From positions 34,472,001-34,536,000 of the forward strand of contig OZ024742.1 in assembly GCA_964016885.1 (NCBI GenBank): a DNA stretch of 64,000 nt, in the 5' to 3' direction. Below are positions 29,941 through 44,953 of this stretch, one piece after another. Origin of the DNA: Eledone cirrhosa. Its lineage: Eukaryota. The notes below the pieces were generated by a model. The model was given only the letters and a program-made list of their open reading frames with translations, made no database searches and was not told the origin of the DNA. Both the position numbers and the translations under genes were made by a program. Numbering within the stretch: the stretch's first letter is position 1; each line of letters starts with the position of its first letter.

Positions 29941-31152
29941 AATTAGTATATCCACCAACATATATATACAGATGCATACCTATGCTAGCAAATATATAGG
30001 GTTTGTCTTAGTAACTTTGTGGTTCAATGCAAGGGGATGCAGAACAATTATATGAAAGACGTAAAATAAGAAAATTATAAAAATTAACTCCAACTAATTA
30101 GTTTCTGAAAGGGAATAAACATGGTTTTCGAATGGAAAGCATGGAGAAACCTTTTGTCATCGGGGAGTCTGTTCTCAGCTAAGTTACCAGGCGATGCGTG
30201 GACACAGGGAACTTATACAAGAATAATTCAGTGGATGGAAAAAAGCAAGCGTGGACTAAATTGCAAGACATTGAAAAAATCACTGCCTACTTGGTCGGTG
30301 GCAAATTCAAAAGAATCAATCACGTGACATCGTGGTTAATCAGTGAGGAGTGGGGTGTTAAAAAGACAGTGGCCGAGCCATGACTATAAACTATAGAGTA
30401 GTTTTGGCAAATGTTTGCTCATTAAAATAATTTGGAGATAATTATAAAGAATTAGTATATCTACCAACATATATATACAGATGTATACCTATGCTAGCAA
30501 ATATATAGGTTTTGTCTTAGTAACATTGCGGTTCAATGCAAGGAGATGCAGAACAATTTGCCACCGACCAAGTAGGCAGTGATTTTTTCAATGTCTTTTT
30601 ATAATTTTCTTATTTTACGTCTTTCATATAATGTTTCTACATCCCCTTGCATTGAACCGCAATGTTACTAAGACAAAACCTATATATTTGCTAGCATAGG
30701 TATACATCTGTATATATATGTTGGTAGATATACTAATTCTTTATAATTATCTCCATATTATTTTGTTGAGCAAAAATTTGCCAAACTGCTACTATAGTTC
30801 ATAGTAATGGCTCGGCCACTGTCTTTTTAACACCCACTCCACACTGATTAACCTCGATGTCACGTGATTGATTCTTTTGAATTTGCCACCGACCAAGTAG
30901 GCAGTAATTTTTTTCAATGTCTTGGAACTTAGTCCACGCTTGCTTTTTTCCATCCACTGAATTATTTTTGTATAAGTTCCCTGTGTCCACGCATCACCTG
31001 GTAACTTAGCTGAGAACAGACTTCCTGATGACGAAAGGTTTCTCCATGCTTTCAATTCGGAAACCATGTTTATTCCCTTTCAGAAACTAATTAGTTGGAG
31101 TTAAATTTTAGTAAGTTAATTTTTATAATTTTCTTATTTTACGTCTTTCATA
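29935..31152. mobile_element. Fold-back insertion of a tandem about 510-bp non-coding hammerhead unit
   Basis: ataaagaattagtat at 29935 and 30444 (period 509). The opposite arm repeats tataattttcttattttacgtctttcata at about 30600 and about 31124. HHRs at 31019-31102 (+) and 30086-30169 (-, core CCGATGA). Confidence 0.8.
31019..31102 (+). ncRNA. Type I hammerhead ribozyme
   Basis: gacttc-CTGATGA-c-gaaagg...cctttc-a-GAAAC-taatta-GTT-ggagtt; palindromic stem III. Confidence 0.8.
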
Positions 31153-31154
31153 TG

Positions 31155-31303
<149 letters not shown>

Positions 31304-33600
31304 ATAAATTTGAAGACTAAAATCCAAAGAGGGCTCGATAAGGATAAATATATTTCGAATATATAAGAAACGTAGAGCAAATATTTATTAAAATAACAGA
31401 TTAAAGTTTAAGCAAAGAATCGCTGCTTTCACCCTTAACGAGATATTCTGAAACTAAAAAAGTCAATCTGTGAACGCAGAAGTAAATATTTCAAAAAACG
31501 TTGCAACCGAAGGAAGACAGGAAGATGATAGGTATGTTTTCCTGCTTGGTACGGGTATGTTCTTTGTAGAAATATTCAGATGTTGTTTCTGCATGATGAA
31601 TATAAGTCAATAGAGTGCTCAACCGATATATAAACATATATATATAAACATGTATATATAAACATGTATATATAAACATATATATATAAACATATATATA
31701 ACGAAGGAAATGTGGTAAGGAACGAGATGGACCATAACGCACCAGAGTACTCAATACTTAGGGTAGTAGAGTGGGTAATAGGAAAAAGTATGACCATGGT
31801 CATACTTTTTCCTATAAACTTATATATATAAACATGTATATATATATATGTGTGTCTGTGTGTGTATATATATATATATATGTGTGTTTGTGTGTGTGAG
31901 ATGAGTGAATACCGGTGCAATAGATTAGAAATGCCCCTGCAGATGTATCTCCATGCCTGTCATTATCCACTTTACATTTCATATGTATTCGTGTTGATTA
32001 AATCACCTAAACATCTTGAAGACAGTTAGCAGCATGGCCATAACCCAACGACAAACCATTGAAAGAACAAAAAAAAAAATTCGTCTTATTTATTTTTTGT
32101 TGTTGTTATTCCTAGATTTTACCATTAATTTAGACGTCTAAAATAGTTAGAACTCTCAATAATGGATCCGTAATCTATTCAGAAACGTGGAAACCTTAAG
32201 CATAAGAGTTGTCCGTAGTTCCATTTCCAAAGGACAATTGCTTTGTTTCTGTGTTTCTTTTTTCATCGTAATTTCGTTACATCAAAGTATTTTCTAATAC
32301 GAATTCATTAACACTGAATTTCGTGTGAGCTCTGTCAGCGAATATTGATCAAGTAATCCAATTAATGAGAATCGATTCATCAGCAAGTCTTCTGATACCA
32401 ATTTACGTTGATATGCAATGAGCAAGTAGAAACGTCGCAACTCCAGTCAATTTTCCTTCTGTGTTGATTGTGTTTTAAATCACGCCGTAGCTCACTTTCG
32501 AATTTCATGCCTGCTGGATTGATTTTGACTTCAATAGACATCTACTATTTCTTGGCGTTGTTGTTGTTTAGCCCCAGCTCAATTCCCATCGTTAATACTT
32601 AATACTTATGATCATCTATAAACTATTTTTACATTGAGTCGGCACTGAGATGTGGCTCAAAGATTCACTTCATAATCACGTGTATCCGAATCCAATCTTA
32701 TTGATTGTTCTGGTACCACACTGCCTGATACGGCCCCTGGTTCAATGATATTGAGTTAAAGTCTTTATATTTATCTGAAAATCTTCCGTCACAAATAAAT
32801 TAGGAATATTTGTTAAGTTATAAATACGAGATAACGAGAAACTTAATTGTATGACAACCCTCCAAATTCTAACAATTTTCGGAATCATTTTAAAATCAAA
32901 GGCGGTGTATTTCATTAGAAATGTAGTAACGAAAGGTTTAATCGACTTCCCCTCCCTCAAAATTGCTGCCATTGTGCCTAAATCAGAAACATTTATGCTG
33001 CTTTGCAACATAGAGTTACGTCCCTTTACGATATGAATTCAAATCCCGCCAAGGTTAACTTTACCTTTCATCCTTGCAGGGTCGATAAATATATATATAA
33101 AGTACCAGTAATGCACTGAGACAATTACTGGCCTTGTGCCAAAAGTAGAAACAATTATTATTGTTTGGGGAGGACCGGTAAAATTCCAGTTAGAAATACA
33201 AGAGTGGAAACTCAAGTAGAGTAAAGTAAGAAAAACTCATTCAGTATGTGTGTGTGTATGCGTGTCTATGTATGTGTGTGTGTACGTCTGTATGCCTGTG
33301 TGTCTTTGTCTCGTATATATTCGTAGGAAGGAAGATAGGTTGGTAGGAAGAAAGTTATTAGTATTCATGTTTAACATACTTAATAACATGACAAAGAACC
33401 CACAGCTGTCATGTCTATAAAGTGTTACAACAAGTGAATTGGAACAAAGTAGTACATTTCTCATTAAGGCCTGACTTCCATTGTTAAATATCGAAATAAA
33501 TGAATATACTTGTCATATATATAAGAAAGGTTGTATGTAAGTGGATATATATAAATGTATATATGTATATATCTATATATATTTGTACATAAGCATAATT

Positions 33601-33658
<58 letters not shown>

Positions 33659-33882
33659 TGCATATATATGCATTTATATATATATTTATGTGAGTGTGAG
33701 TGTATGTAAGTAGGTGTCTATGAATGTATGAATATATATTTGTATGTAAATGGACATATTTGAAATATATATATATATATATATATGGGGTTAGGTGCTT
33801 GTTTGAGTGTGTGTGTGTGTAAGCAATTATGTATAAGTGTGTATGTTGCTATGTATGTATATGTATATATATATAAATATAA

Positions 33883-33952
<70 letters not shown>

Positions 33953-34039
33953 TCATGTGTAAATATGTGTGTATTTGTGTGTTAAATCTTCTGACATCTC
34001 AAACCTAATATCCCACGTTGTTTAGAAACTTGATAATAT

Positions 34040-34700
34040 TCACTAAGAATTTAGACGAATCATGAATATATGGGACGTGAAAATAAATGACGCATGTTCT
34101 TGCCACAGAATGGCTAATAGCGTTATATCTCTCATCCGTATGCAAAAATTCCTTCGAGTGTCAGTTCTAAACTCCTCGGTAATGGCTTGACGACTAATGA
34201 CAAACCGGTGTAGACTGAGAACAAATCCAGGTTGCACCCCTTCTCTTCACTGTACTTCAAATTCATCACTGTACTCATTTCGAATTATCATTTTGATGGC
34301 CACACGACCCTCGCATGACCCTCGTAATCCAATCAACTACACCTAAGTTCTTTACCGTCCATAGATTACAGAGTGGGGGACCAGCCAGAGCTTTCTCCCA
34401 ATGCACAAACTATATATACTGGAGCTTGCTCTTAGCTAAGTATTTCTCCCTCACAAATTGTAACCAGTAGTACCTCTACATTGCATAAAGCCGAACTACA
34501 TCTCATTCAATTTGATTTTGGTCCTAATTTGTTGTGCTTTAACCTTTTAGGTAACTTTCATGGCCTCATCCTTCAAGTTGATGCCTCTTTAGTCACCTCT
34601 TTATAGTGCGAGCTCGTTGTCCGTGTAGCAGCTTACAATGATACTGCCGTCACCGTCCTTGGGTAGAACACCAACTCTGCCACTTAGTTAATTCGGCTTT
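34040..34700 (-). pseudogene. Decayed RTE-type LINE reverse transcriptase relic
   Basis: Minus strand ggggtgcaacctggatttgttctcagtc resembles a frameshifted GVxQGSVLSP, followed by AITEEFRT... leading into a decayed YADD region. Confidence 0.45.
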
Positions 34701-35582
34701 TAACTAGATCGTAACCTACAATGCAGAAATATGGAATTTCAGTCAAAATAATCTAGCTGCTTTCTCTACATTCATAAAGTTAACTGCTTTGTGTCCCCCC
34801 TCAGTTGGATTGACATGGTCTAGGACGTCCCAGTCACATTTATTCTCTTCGTCCATGAGTCTCTCGTAAAGGGACATCCATGTCTCTTTCCTTTCGGATT
34901 CAGTCAGACAATTTTGGAGACACTTTTCCCCAACAATGTTTCAATTTTCTCTGTCGCACAATTCAGGCATTTGAACCTCACAACATAGAACATGTGTAAA
35001 CTTCTTTTCTCCTTCACCCCATGTGACCCCTATCTGGCCTCTAACCTCTTTTTTTCCAATCCTGTCATTTTCCATTTACGGTCCTGTCTACCCTAACATT
35101 CTAACACCAAATCAAATTCTGACTTGCTGAGACCAACTGCAGCCTTTGTATGTGCATTTCAGGAATTTCCAATTTTTCTCTATATTTTCTCTAAATTTTC
35201 TCCTCTTCCGTACAGTCGCAGGCACCAAGTAAGCTTTATCCGAATTTGTTGAAAGCTAAGAGTTCTTTCCTCCAGAGCCATTTCTTTGGCTTTTAATCTA
35301 AGGTTACGTATACCTAATAATAGTTTTCCCTAGTGAACTCGGTATCTACGACAATTCATCTCTATATACATGCCTGTATATGTATATAAATTATCTATTT
35401 ATATCTCTCTATACCTATATGTGTATGTATCTGTCTATTTCTCTCTCTCTCTTTATTTATATATATATATATATTTGAAAAGAGGAAAAGAATGACTTCA
35501 CTTGTAGTTCTAAACAATTTGATTTAATTGTATAATATTATAATATTATGAGTTGGTAGATCTATCTATATATATATATATT

Positions 35583-35727
<145 letters not shown>

Positions 35728-36415
35728 AGTAAGTATGTTTTAAAACAGTGAGCAGGTTTGAAATTAAAAAATAGAATAGCTTTCACCGTATTTTTGACTA
35801 AAGGAATTTTAGCCTGATAATGGGGTTTAGAACCCTCAGATAAATGGAAAAAGATGAGTATTGACGTACATGGGATATATATATATATACATATATATAT
35901 ACCACACACACACACACACATCTATCTATCTATCTATCTCTCTCTATATATATGTGTGTGAGTGTGAGTGTGGTAGGGTGGTTCAATATACAAACTGGTG
36001 AAAATTATTCAGTATATATAGCAGAGATTATGTAACGTCTCATAACAACTTACTCATTGATACTTAAGTTTTCACAAAGTTTTGTTGTCAAGAATATTCC
36101 ATAGTAGAAGTGAATGTCGATCTGACTTCACTTCGATTAATGTATAGTTAAACCGAACTATATATTGCTCTCATCAATTAACGACACATCCAGCAGTCTC
36201 AAGCTATTGGATGTGAATGTCTTAAAAGTTACTTAGAATCGCATTAATATATTTATTGATAAATCTATCATTTAAACGTTTGCTAGAACAAGACCTTTTG
36301 TTGTGTTGGTGTTGGGGAGGGCAAGAAACGTATCGGTTTGCTTCGTTTTCTGTGAATTCTATACAGACAGCATCATGTCAGTAGATCAATTCGATGTTGA
36401 TCCGAATTATGATAA

Positions 36416-36770
36416 CTATCACTGTTGAGTCTAATGTGTGGTATATCTAGTTATATCACTGTTGAGTCTAACGTGTGGTCATATCTAGTTGTATCACTAT
36501 TGAGTCTAATACGTGGTTTATATCTAGTTATATCACTGTTGAGTCTAATACGTGATCATATCTAGTTGTATCACTGTTGAGTCTAATACGTGGTTTATAT
36601 CTAGTTATATCACTGTTGAGTCTAATACGTGGTTATATCTAGTTAAATCACTGTTGAGTCTAATACGTGGTTTATATCTAGTTATATCACTGTTGAGTCT
36701 AATACGTGGTTTATATCTAGTTATATCACTGTTGAGTCTAATACGTGGTTATATCTAGTTAAATCACTGT
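36416..36770. repeat. Minisatellite, 38-41-bp unit, about 9 copies
   Basis: Unit atatctagttatatcactgttgagtctaatacgtggtt(t). Confidence 0.9.
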
Positions 36771-37020
36771 GTTCAGTCTAATGTGTTTAAACTGGATAAA
36801 TCATAGTTTAGAGGTTAAGAAGTTTGTCTTGAAATCAGGTTGGGCAAGTGGTCAGTGTGATGAGACCATGAGCCACGACTTCCTGGATCTCTCTACTCTA
36901 CCCATTTGAAAATTATTAGGAGAGATGAAAAGATCACTATCCCTCTCCACTCGAAAAATAACCTATCCGACGCTCTGACGACTCAAGCAATGCACTGACC
37001 TAAACTTATAATTTATTTAT

Positions 37021-37063
<43 letters not shown>

Positions 37064-37079
37064 ATATATATATATATAC

Positions 37080-37152
<73 letters not shown>

Positions 37153-37300
37153 TATATAAATATGTGTGTTGGTGACGGGCTTACACGTAGTTTCCGTCTA
37201 CCAACTTTCGGTGACAATGCACTGATCAACCCGAGACAATATGTTATAACACACTTATCCAAAGGAGAGAGAATAAGAAATCACGTGGTTGCGACATGCT

Positions 37301-37332
<32 letters not shown>

Positions 37333-37334
37333 CT

Positions 37335-38775
37335 CTTTTACCTGTTCCAGCTGAGGCCATGCTGAGGGACCGCCCTTGTTGCTACACATTTTATCTCCAG
37401 CCTGTATTGGTTGGCCACTGGTGCAAGAGTGAGTTCGTTGCAGCTGCCCATAGGTTTCCCTCGTGCCTTGGTGTGGGTTCATAAGGGATCCTGGGTAGCA
37501 AGGTGTCGAGATGTTTCTTGAAAACATCCACGTCCACACCATGCAGATCTCTCAGGTCCCTCGGCAGCTTGTTGTAGAGATGAGGGCCCTTGAAACCCAG
37601 GGTATTGCAATATGTGCTCCTTATTCTAGATGCGGAAGACGGGACCTTAGGCACCACACAGTGACGTCCTGTTCGACGGTTGGTCCAGCTCCCAATGCCA
37701 AAGTGGTGCTAGTTCCGCCAGTATTTTCCACATGTATATCACTGCGTATCTCTCCCGTCTTCGTTCCAAGGAGTAGAGGTTCAGTTCTTTTAGTCTCTCC
37801 CAGAAGCTTATCTTCTTCATCGTGGCAATCCTCTTCGTTGGATTGTCTCAAGTTCCGTGGCTAGTTTGACACTATGGGGTGACCACAGCTGGGAGCAATA
37901 GTCCAGGCGGCTTAGGACATATTCCTCAATAGTGTCAACATGGTCCCTCGGTCTCTTGGCCGGAAAGTCCTCAAGATCCAGCCAGCGAGTCGTCTGCACA
38001 TTGTCGCCACTTTCATAATGTGTGACGAAAAAGATGCATCGTCGCTCATGTCTATTCCCAGGTCTAGTTTAGATTTCGACACGGGAATTTCGATCCCTCC
38101 TGGTTCAGTGTAACTGTGTTGTACTGTATTTGTGTTTTCAGGTTGGTACTGTAGGACTTGAAATTTTCCAGCATTAAACTGCATGTTGTTGTCTTCAGCC
38201 CATTTGTATATGGCATCTAGATCCTGTAAAAGGGCAGCATCAGCCGGGTTTTTTGATTGCCTGTACTACCTTAGTGTCATCAGCATAGCTAGTGAGGGAT
38301 GTTGTATGTACTACAGAGGGCATGTCTGAGAGAGACACCAAAAACAGTAGTGGTCCCAGGACTGTGCCTTGGCACACACCACTTGTTATTGATAGGGCCC
38401 CGTTTAAGAGGGCCCCGTTTGCTGCAACTGTCTGGCTTCTGTCATTTAAGAAGTCATACAGCCACTCACCTACTTTTCCAGGTATGCTGGGTAGACTACC
38501 GCTAGCCAAAGGGCTTCTGAAGAGAGTCGTCAATGGAGTTGCTAAGGCCTGCTCACATGTTTCTAAGAGGACTGCTAGGAATCCACCAGGTCCAGCAGCT
38601 GAGTTTATTCTAATTTCATCTATGGCGTATACCACATCCTCCTCCGTTATGTCTATGTGGTTGATGGTCGCCATTTCTTCATGGAGTGTTGTGGCATCAA
38701 AGAAATCCCCTGGCTTTGTTAATTATATGTGCCTCAGTGGACATGTGAACACACTTTTGTACTGTTCGTTCATAT
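37335..38775 (-). pseudogene. 5'-truncated CR1-type LINE RT fragment
   Basis: [43 protein letters not shown]; internal deletions and frameshifts. Confidence 0.8.
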
Positions 38776-38802
38776 ATATATATATGTATGCATATATATA
38801 TA

Positions 38803-38848
<46 letters not shown>

Positions 38849-38922
38849 TACATATATATATATGAACGAACAGTACAAAAGTGTGTTCACAAAAGTACTG
38901 TTCGTTCATATATATATATGTA

Positions 38923-39118
<196 letters not shown>

Positions 39119-39236
39119 AAGGCATGTGGCTGAATGGTTAGGGAATTGGGTTCGCAATCGTAAGGTTGTGAGTTCGATTCCTGGACCAGGCGATGCGTTA
39201 TGTCCTTGAGCAAGACACTTTATTTCACGTTGCTCC
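39119..39236 (+). mobile_element. tRNA-derived SINE (OR/CORE-like)
   Basis: A box tggctgaatgg, B box gagttcgattcc, body gtccttgagcaagacactttatttcacgttgctcc. Confidence 0.75.
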
Positions 39237-39333
39237 TTCTACCTGGAGTTGCGACCGATAGATAGTATTAGCAATTGGAAAGACTAACGGAAACATTGTT
39301 CCCTCGGTCCGATTTGACGAAAGTCGATCGTTC

Positions 39334-39413
<80 letters not shown>

Positions 39414-39467
39414 AATTAATAAAAATAATGAATAAAAACAAAGAAACAGTTCCTTATATTAAAAAAT

Positions 39468-39605
39468 TCATCATTTTACGATCGTTTCTAGGATATATAT
39501 GTGTGTGTTGGTATGTATATCATATAGATCTATGTAAAATGTTTACAAACTATCAGAGGGAATAAACATACCTACACATATATATGCTGTCTTCAGTAAT
39601 AATGA
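39468..39605 (-). ncRNA. Type I hammerhead with extended (about 100-nt) stem II
   Basis: tcattatta-CTGAAGA-cagcatatatatgtgtaggtatgt...acataccaacacacacatatatatccta-GAAAC-gatc-GTA-aaatgatga. Confidence 0.65.
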
Positions 39606-39982
39606 TATTTGTTTATTGAAAAAAACCAACAAAGATTTAATATAATAGGTCTGTTTGGGAACAGGTTTTAAATTGACCAATAGAAAGGTAGTAAGTGGTC
39701 AAGATGGTAGAATAGTAGTAATAGAACTTTAATTTAGGGGTAGAGGAAACCAGATTTCAGTTTTGAATGGAAAGAGTATAATGAATGAAAAGATTATTTT
39801 GGGGATGAAAATAGGTCAAGTCGGTAAAAGGTACACGAAAAATTGATGTTATAAAAGAATTATGCTAATGTAAATATCTTCATCGAAAAAAATGTTTGAA
39901 TACATCTTCTCTTTTCATGATATTCGGATTACGTTGAGTTCTTCATACGGATTGGACACTACCGTACATTTTGGTAGATTTA

Positions 39983-40120
<138 letters not shown>

Positions 40121-40489
40121 GAAAGTTATATTTAAAATTGTTGGGTTACAACTAGTAAATATTTATAACTGATATAAAAGCACTCGACAAATATTTGGAG
40201 TATATTTACAATATTAAATAAATGGAAACTATATTTATAAAACCATATTTATTTCATTATATATATTTCAGGGATATCATATTAACAATATGCTATGCCT
40301 TCCTCAGACAAAATACAATATAAACAGTCTTATAGATAAATAGATTCGACATACCGTAACAACATCGACTTGCATTTGAAGAGGTTAATTTGGCAGTGAA
40401 AAAAAATTGTACACAGAGAGAAAGAAAGAGAGAAAAAAAAAAGAAAGAAAGACAGAAAGAGGAATTTTGAAAATGACCTGCCAGTTAGA

Positions 40490-42112
40490 TTGATCGCACC
40501 ATCAAAATCGGACCTGGGCAAATTAAGCAAAAACATTCTTGACAGGGTGATACAGCAAATTAAGAACTTGGATTGTTTATCTAACCTGAGCTTGTGGAAG
40601 GGAACTGGAAAGGTTGTTGAGTGGTTTAAGCAAATTAAATATAACAATAATGATAAGTTTATTCAACTTGATATAACTAACTATTATTCTTCTATTACCC
40701 CTAATCTACTAAATAAGGCACTAAATTACGCATTCAAACATACTGACCTAACTAGCAATGAAATGCATATTATATTATCGGCTAGGAAAACTTTGATAGA
40801 ATTTAATGACAAACTATGGCCCAGAGCAGATAGAGATAGCAATTTTGACATAACTATGGGATCATCCGACTCAGCTCAGGTAACTGACCTTGTGGGCTTA
40901 TTTTTAATCAATTCGCTACATAGGAAAATACCTGGTACTACCGGAGGTTTATATAGAGATGACATGCTTTTACTTATTGATAATAATAACCCTGAACTAA
41001 ATAGAAAATGTAAACAAATTACACAATTTTTTAATTACTTTAATCTTAAAATAGAAATTGAGAACAACCATAGAATAGTCAATTTCCTAGATATAACATT
41101 AAATCTCAACACATGTCTTCACTATCCTTTTCACAAGTTGAATGAAAACTTAAACTGTGTCAACTTTAACTCTAACCACCCCAGATCTGTCAAAAACACT
41201 ATAGTAAACTCTGTTCAAAAACGTATCTCTAGGATCTCGTCGAATAGAAAGATTTTCGACGAAAAAGCCCAATACTATAATGAAGCATTAGCTAGAGCAG
41301 GATATGCTGATAAGATTGTGTACATAGATAATGATAGACAAACTAAACAAAGTAACAACTTTTTTAATTACGGCAACAACCTTAACAACTATAATAGAAA
41401 GCATTACAATAATTCCAAAGGACAAAAAAGAAATAGAACTAGGAACATAATTTGGTTTGCCCCCCCTTTCTCACTAAACATTAAAACCCACATCGCTAAA
41501 CTAGTTTTCAAAGCTCTTGATAATCGCTTCCCTAGAACACATAGGTATCACTCAATTTTCAATAGACATACAATAAAATTAACCTACTCATCCACCAAAA
41601 ATTTAGCACAAAATATTAATTGAATAAATAATAGGAACTTAAAACCTAGTGATAATAGCATAAATAATATACAAGTTAACAAATGTAACTGTAGAGATAG
41701 ATCTAAATGTCCGTTAAATAACAACTGTTTAGTTAAAAATATAGTATACAATTGTAATGTTAATACTGACTCTAATTCTTTTAACTACGTCGGTTCCACA
41801 TCGACGGAATTTAAACTTCGCTATAATAACCACAAGAATTCTTTCACAGATCCAAGCAAAAAATCTTCAACGGCACTATCAGGCGTACTCTGGCAACTTA
41901 AGCTAGATAACGTTAGATATTCGACGGCTTGGAATATAGTCTCAAGAGGGATTCCTTTTAATTCATCCTCTGAGACATGTGACCTCTGCGCAGAGGAGAT
42001 ATTCTTTATACTAAAATCTAAAAATTCCCTTAATCTACGGACAAATTTATTCAGTTGCTGCAAACATAGATTAAACTCAACTTTTAAATATAAATTTAAA
42101 TTTAAAATGTAG
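40490..42112 (+). pseudogene. PLE RT plus C-terminal GIY-YIG endonuclease, one in-frame TGA at 41621
   Basis: LDITNYY, ITMGS, LYRDD, NFLDITL. The same frame continues after the TGA: KCNCRDRSKCPLNNNC, IVY...YVGST, RYNNH, CDLCAEE, LN, CCKH, then TAG at 42110-42112. Confidence 0.88.
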
Positions 42113-43480
42113 TATATTTAGTTTGATATATATTTATATGGGAAACTAGCCGATAAATCTTTGATTCCTTCTTTTTATTCTTTTTATTTTTTATTTTTAT
42201 TTTATTTTTATTTAAACATTCCTCATGAAAAATTAAGCTACCCTAAAAGCTGATGCTCCAAATATTTCGAATAAACGTTACACTAGATAAACTTCTATAT
42301 TAAATATAAGAACACATGTAGACCAAATTGGGCATCCTAAACTTTTTGAAATGATCTTTGCTAGATGTGATTTGATAGATAATTTTTGGCTTTATCTGTT
42401 TTTCGACTCTGATGCTTATAATGAACTTGGCAATATATTGTCAATTAATTTTGAAGGGTTGATCTTTGTGGTTTATTTTTATTTTTTATTATTGTAGTAT
42501 TTTCTAATATTTTTATTTTTAATATTTTAATTTTTAATATTTTTAATATGTAAATTTTTTAATATGTAATATTTTTAATATGTAATATTCTTTCGTAATA
42601 TTTTTTTAGTTTTCTATTTTATTATTACTTATTATTATTATTGTTATTTTTTAGTTTTGTTTCTGATATATATTTTTATTAGTATATTGAAATCTGCTCT
42701 CTATTTCTGCTTGATAGATAATCTTGTAGAGTAAAGACAGGAATAATAATACACATATATGTATACTCAAATTTTTATACCACATTGAGAATGTTTTCCG
42801 TGAACCTAGGGTTTGCAGAGTTGATCATGTAGACTCACATGGATGTTTGTAGCTATCACATAAACATATGAATTTTTTTAAAAAACTAAACATAAGATCA
42901 TTAATTTTCACACACTATGGATACTTGTCTCATTCAGGAATACTGATATTTACAATATAGTGGATGTTTTATAAATACTAATACCTCTACATTAAAACAT
43001 AGGGTTTTTACGCCTCGCATATATCTGGTTATTTTTAAATTTTTTCTCTCGCTATATTTTTTTCTCTCTCTATATTTTTTTCTCTCTCTATATATCTCCC
43101 TTACATTAATACTAGAGCTAAATAAATAAATAAATAAATAAATGTATCATTGATACATTTACTCAACAGACCTCCCACTACCTAATTTTCTATATATATA
43201 TGTATCTATCTCTATTTCCTCTCTCTCTATATATATATATATATCTTTCTGTTTCTTTACATGAAGTTCTTCTCTTTATCTATCTTTCCATCTCTCTATT
43301 TTGTTCCATGCATTTCTTCTTTTTCTTCCTTTTCTTCGTTTTCTGTCTTTCTTTCTTTTTTTTCTCTCTTTCTTTCTCTCTGTGTACAATTTTTTTTCAC
43401 TGCCAAATCAACCTCTTCAAATGCAAGTCGATGTTGTTACGGTATGTCGAATCTATTTATCTATAAGACTGTTTATATTG

Positions 43481-43546
43481 TATTTTGTCTGAGGAAGGCA
43501 TAGCATATTGTTAATATGATATCCCTGAAATATATATAATGAAATA
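43481..43546 (+). ncRNA. Type I hammerhead in the PLE 3' terminal repeat
   Basis: tattttgt-CTGAGGA-aggcatagcatatt(gtt)aatatgatatccct-GAAA-tatata-TA-atgaaata. Confidence 0.8.
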
Positions 43547-43583
43547 AATATGGTTTTATAAATATAGTTTCCATTTATTTAAT

Positions 43584-43629
<46 letters not shown>

Positions 43630-44027
43630 TAAACGGAATAGAAAATGCTGACAAATTGTTCACAGTGAAAAATAGTTTAATTAGGAATAAGTGAGAATTA
43701 GTAATTGCATTGGTTAGTATTCAGTTTTGGTTTTAAGTTTTACCGGTTGCGCATTTCTAATGCTTTTCAAAAATAATTTTGAGATAGAGCGTCCGTGATG
43801 TTTGCTCTGATCTGATTAGTTTTGGGAATTCTACCTGTTTTTATGTTAAAAAAGTGGCTCCAGCGGTATTAAAATAAGTTTTGCGCCAATTCGTGTTGCA
43901 AAAATTCTTGTGGTCAAAACAATTTTGATTGGTCGGTAGAGGTCATGTGAATGTAAAAAATTGATTTTGCGCCAAATGTAGGTTTGTGTCGGCTGACTGA
44001 GAAATGACTCTTTCACAACAAATATGT

Positions 44028-44093
<66 letters not shown>

Positions 44094-44309
44094 CTCTTTG
44101 TATGTTAATGTACGCGTGTGTATGTGTGTGTGAGAATGTGTGTGTGTGGGGGGGGGGGACCAGTATTTTTTTCCCTGGTAAAACGGTGTACATTATTCGA
44201 TATTTTCAGTAAAATCGATTCTCTTAATAGAACTTCAAAAACCTTAATAATAAAAGGTGTGAAATGATATATAGTATTGGCATAATACCAAGGTGTGTGT
44301 GAGTGTGCG

Positions 44310-44735
44310 TGTGTGTCCAGATTGTACGTACTGAAAGGGGGATCCCTTAGGCCTTGCCGTATTGGAATACCTGTGCACAAATATGTATCTGGAGTGTGTC
44401 CAGAAATTGTACACTTGTGCACAAATTGTACACATGTATCTGGAGTGTGTCCAGAAATTGTATACCTGTGCACAAATATGTATCTGGAGTGTGTCCAGAT
44501 TGTAAGGCCTTGCCGTATTGGAATACCTGGGCACAAATATGTATCTGGAGTGTGTCCAGAAATTGTATACCTGTGCACAAACCGTACACCTGTGCACAAA
44601 CCGTACACATACATCTGGAGTGTGTCCAGAAATTGTATACCTGTGTACAAATATGTATCTGGAGTGTGTCCAGATTGCACGTACTGCAAGGGGAATTCAT
44701 TAGGCTTTGCCGTATTGGAATACTTGTGCACAAAA
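44310..44735. repeat. Mosaic tandem repeat (core atatgtatctggagtgtgtccagaaattgtatacctgtgcacaa)
   Basis: About 7 imperfect cores with alternative inserts; lies in the presumed PLE 3' region. Confidence 0.8.
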
Positions 44736-44953
44736 ATGTATGTGCCCATCAGTGTGCAAGGTATGCGTGCGTTTGTGTATGTGTGTGTGTCGGCACGTTT
44801 ATATCTATAGACATCAAAAGGTATGCAAATTTGTGTATATTTGTGTTGCACCATAGAAAATGTGTGTTTACGTATGTCATTGTGTTTATATGTGGGTAGA
44901 GATGTGTGCTGATGTAGGTATGTATGTTGACGTGTGTATGTTGTGGGTTCGTC

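Noticed and set aside
36416-36770. CRISPR-like regular repeats (also 44310-44735)
   Set aside because: No unique spacers, no cas genes, eukaryotic context.
39119-39190. Possible tRNA gene
   Set aside because: Runs directly into SINE body sequence shared with 14855-14976; no proper acceptor stem.
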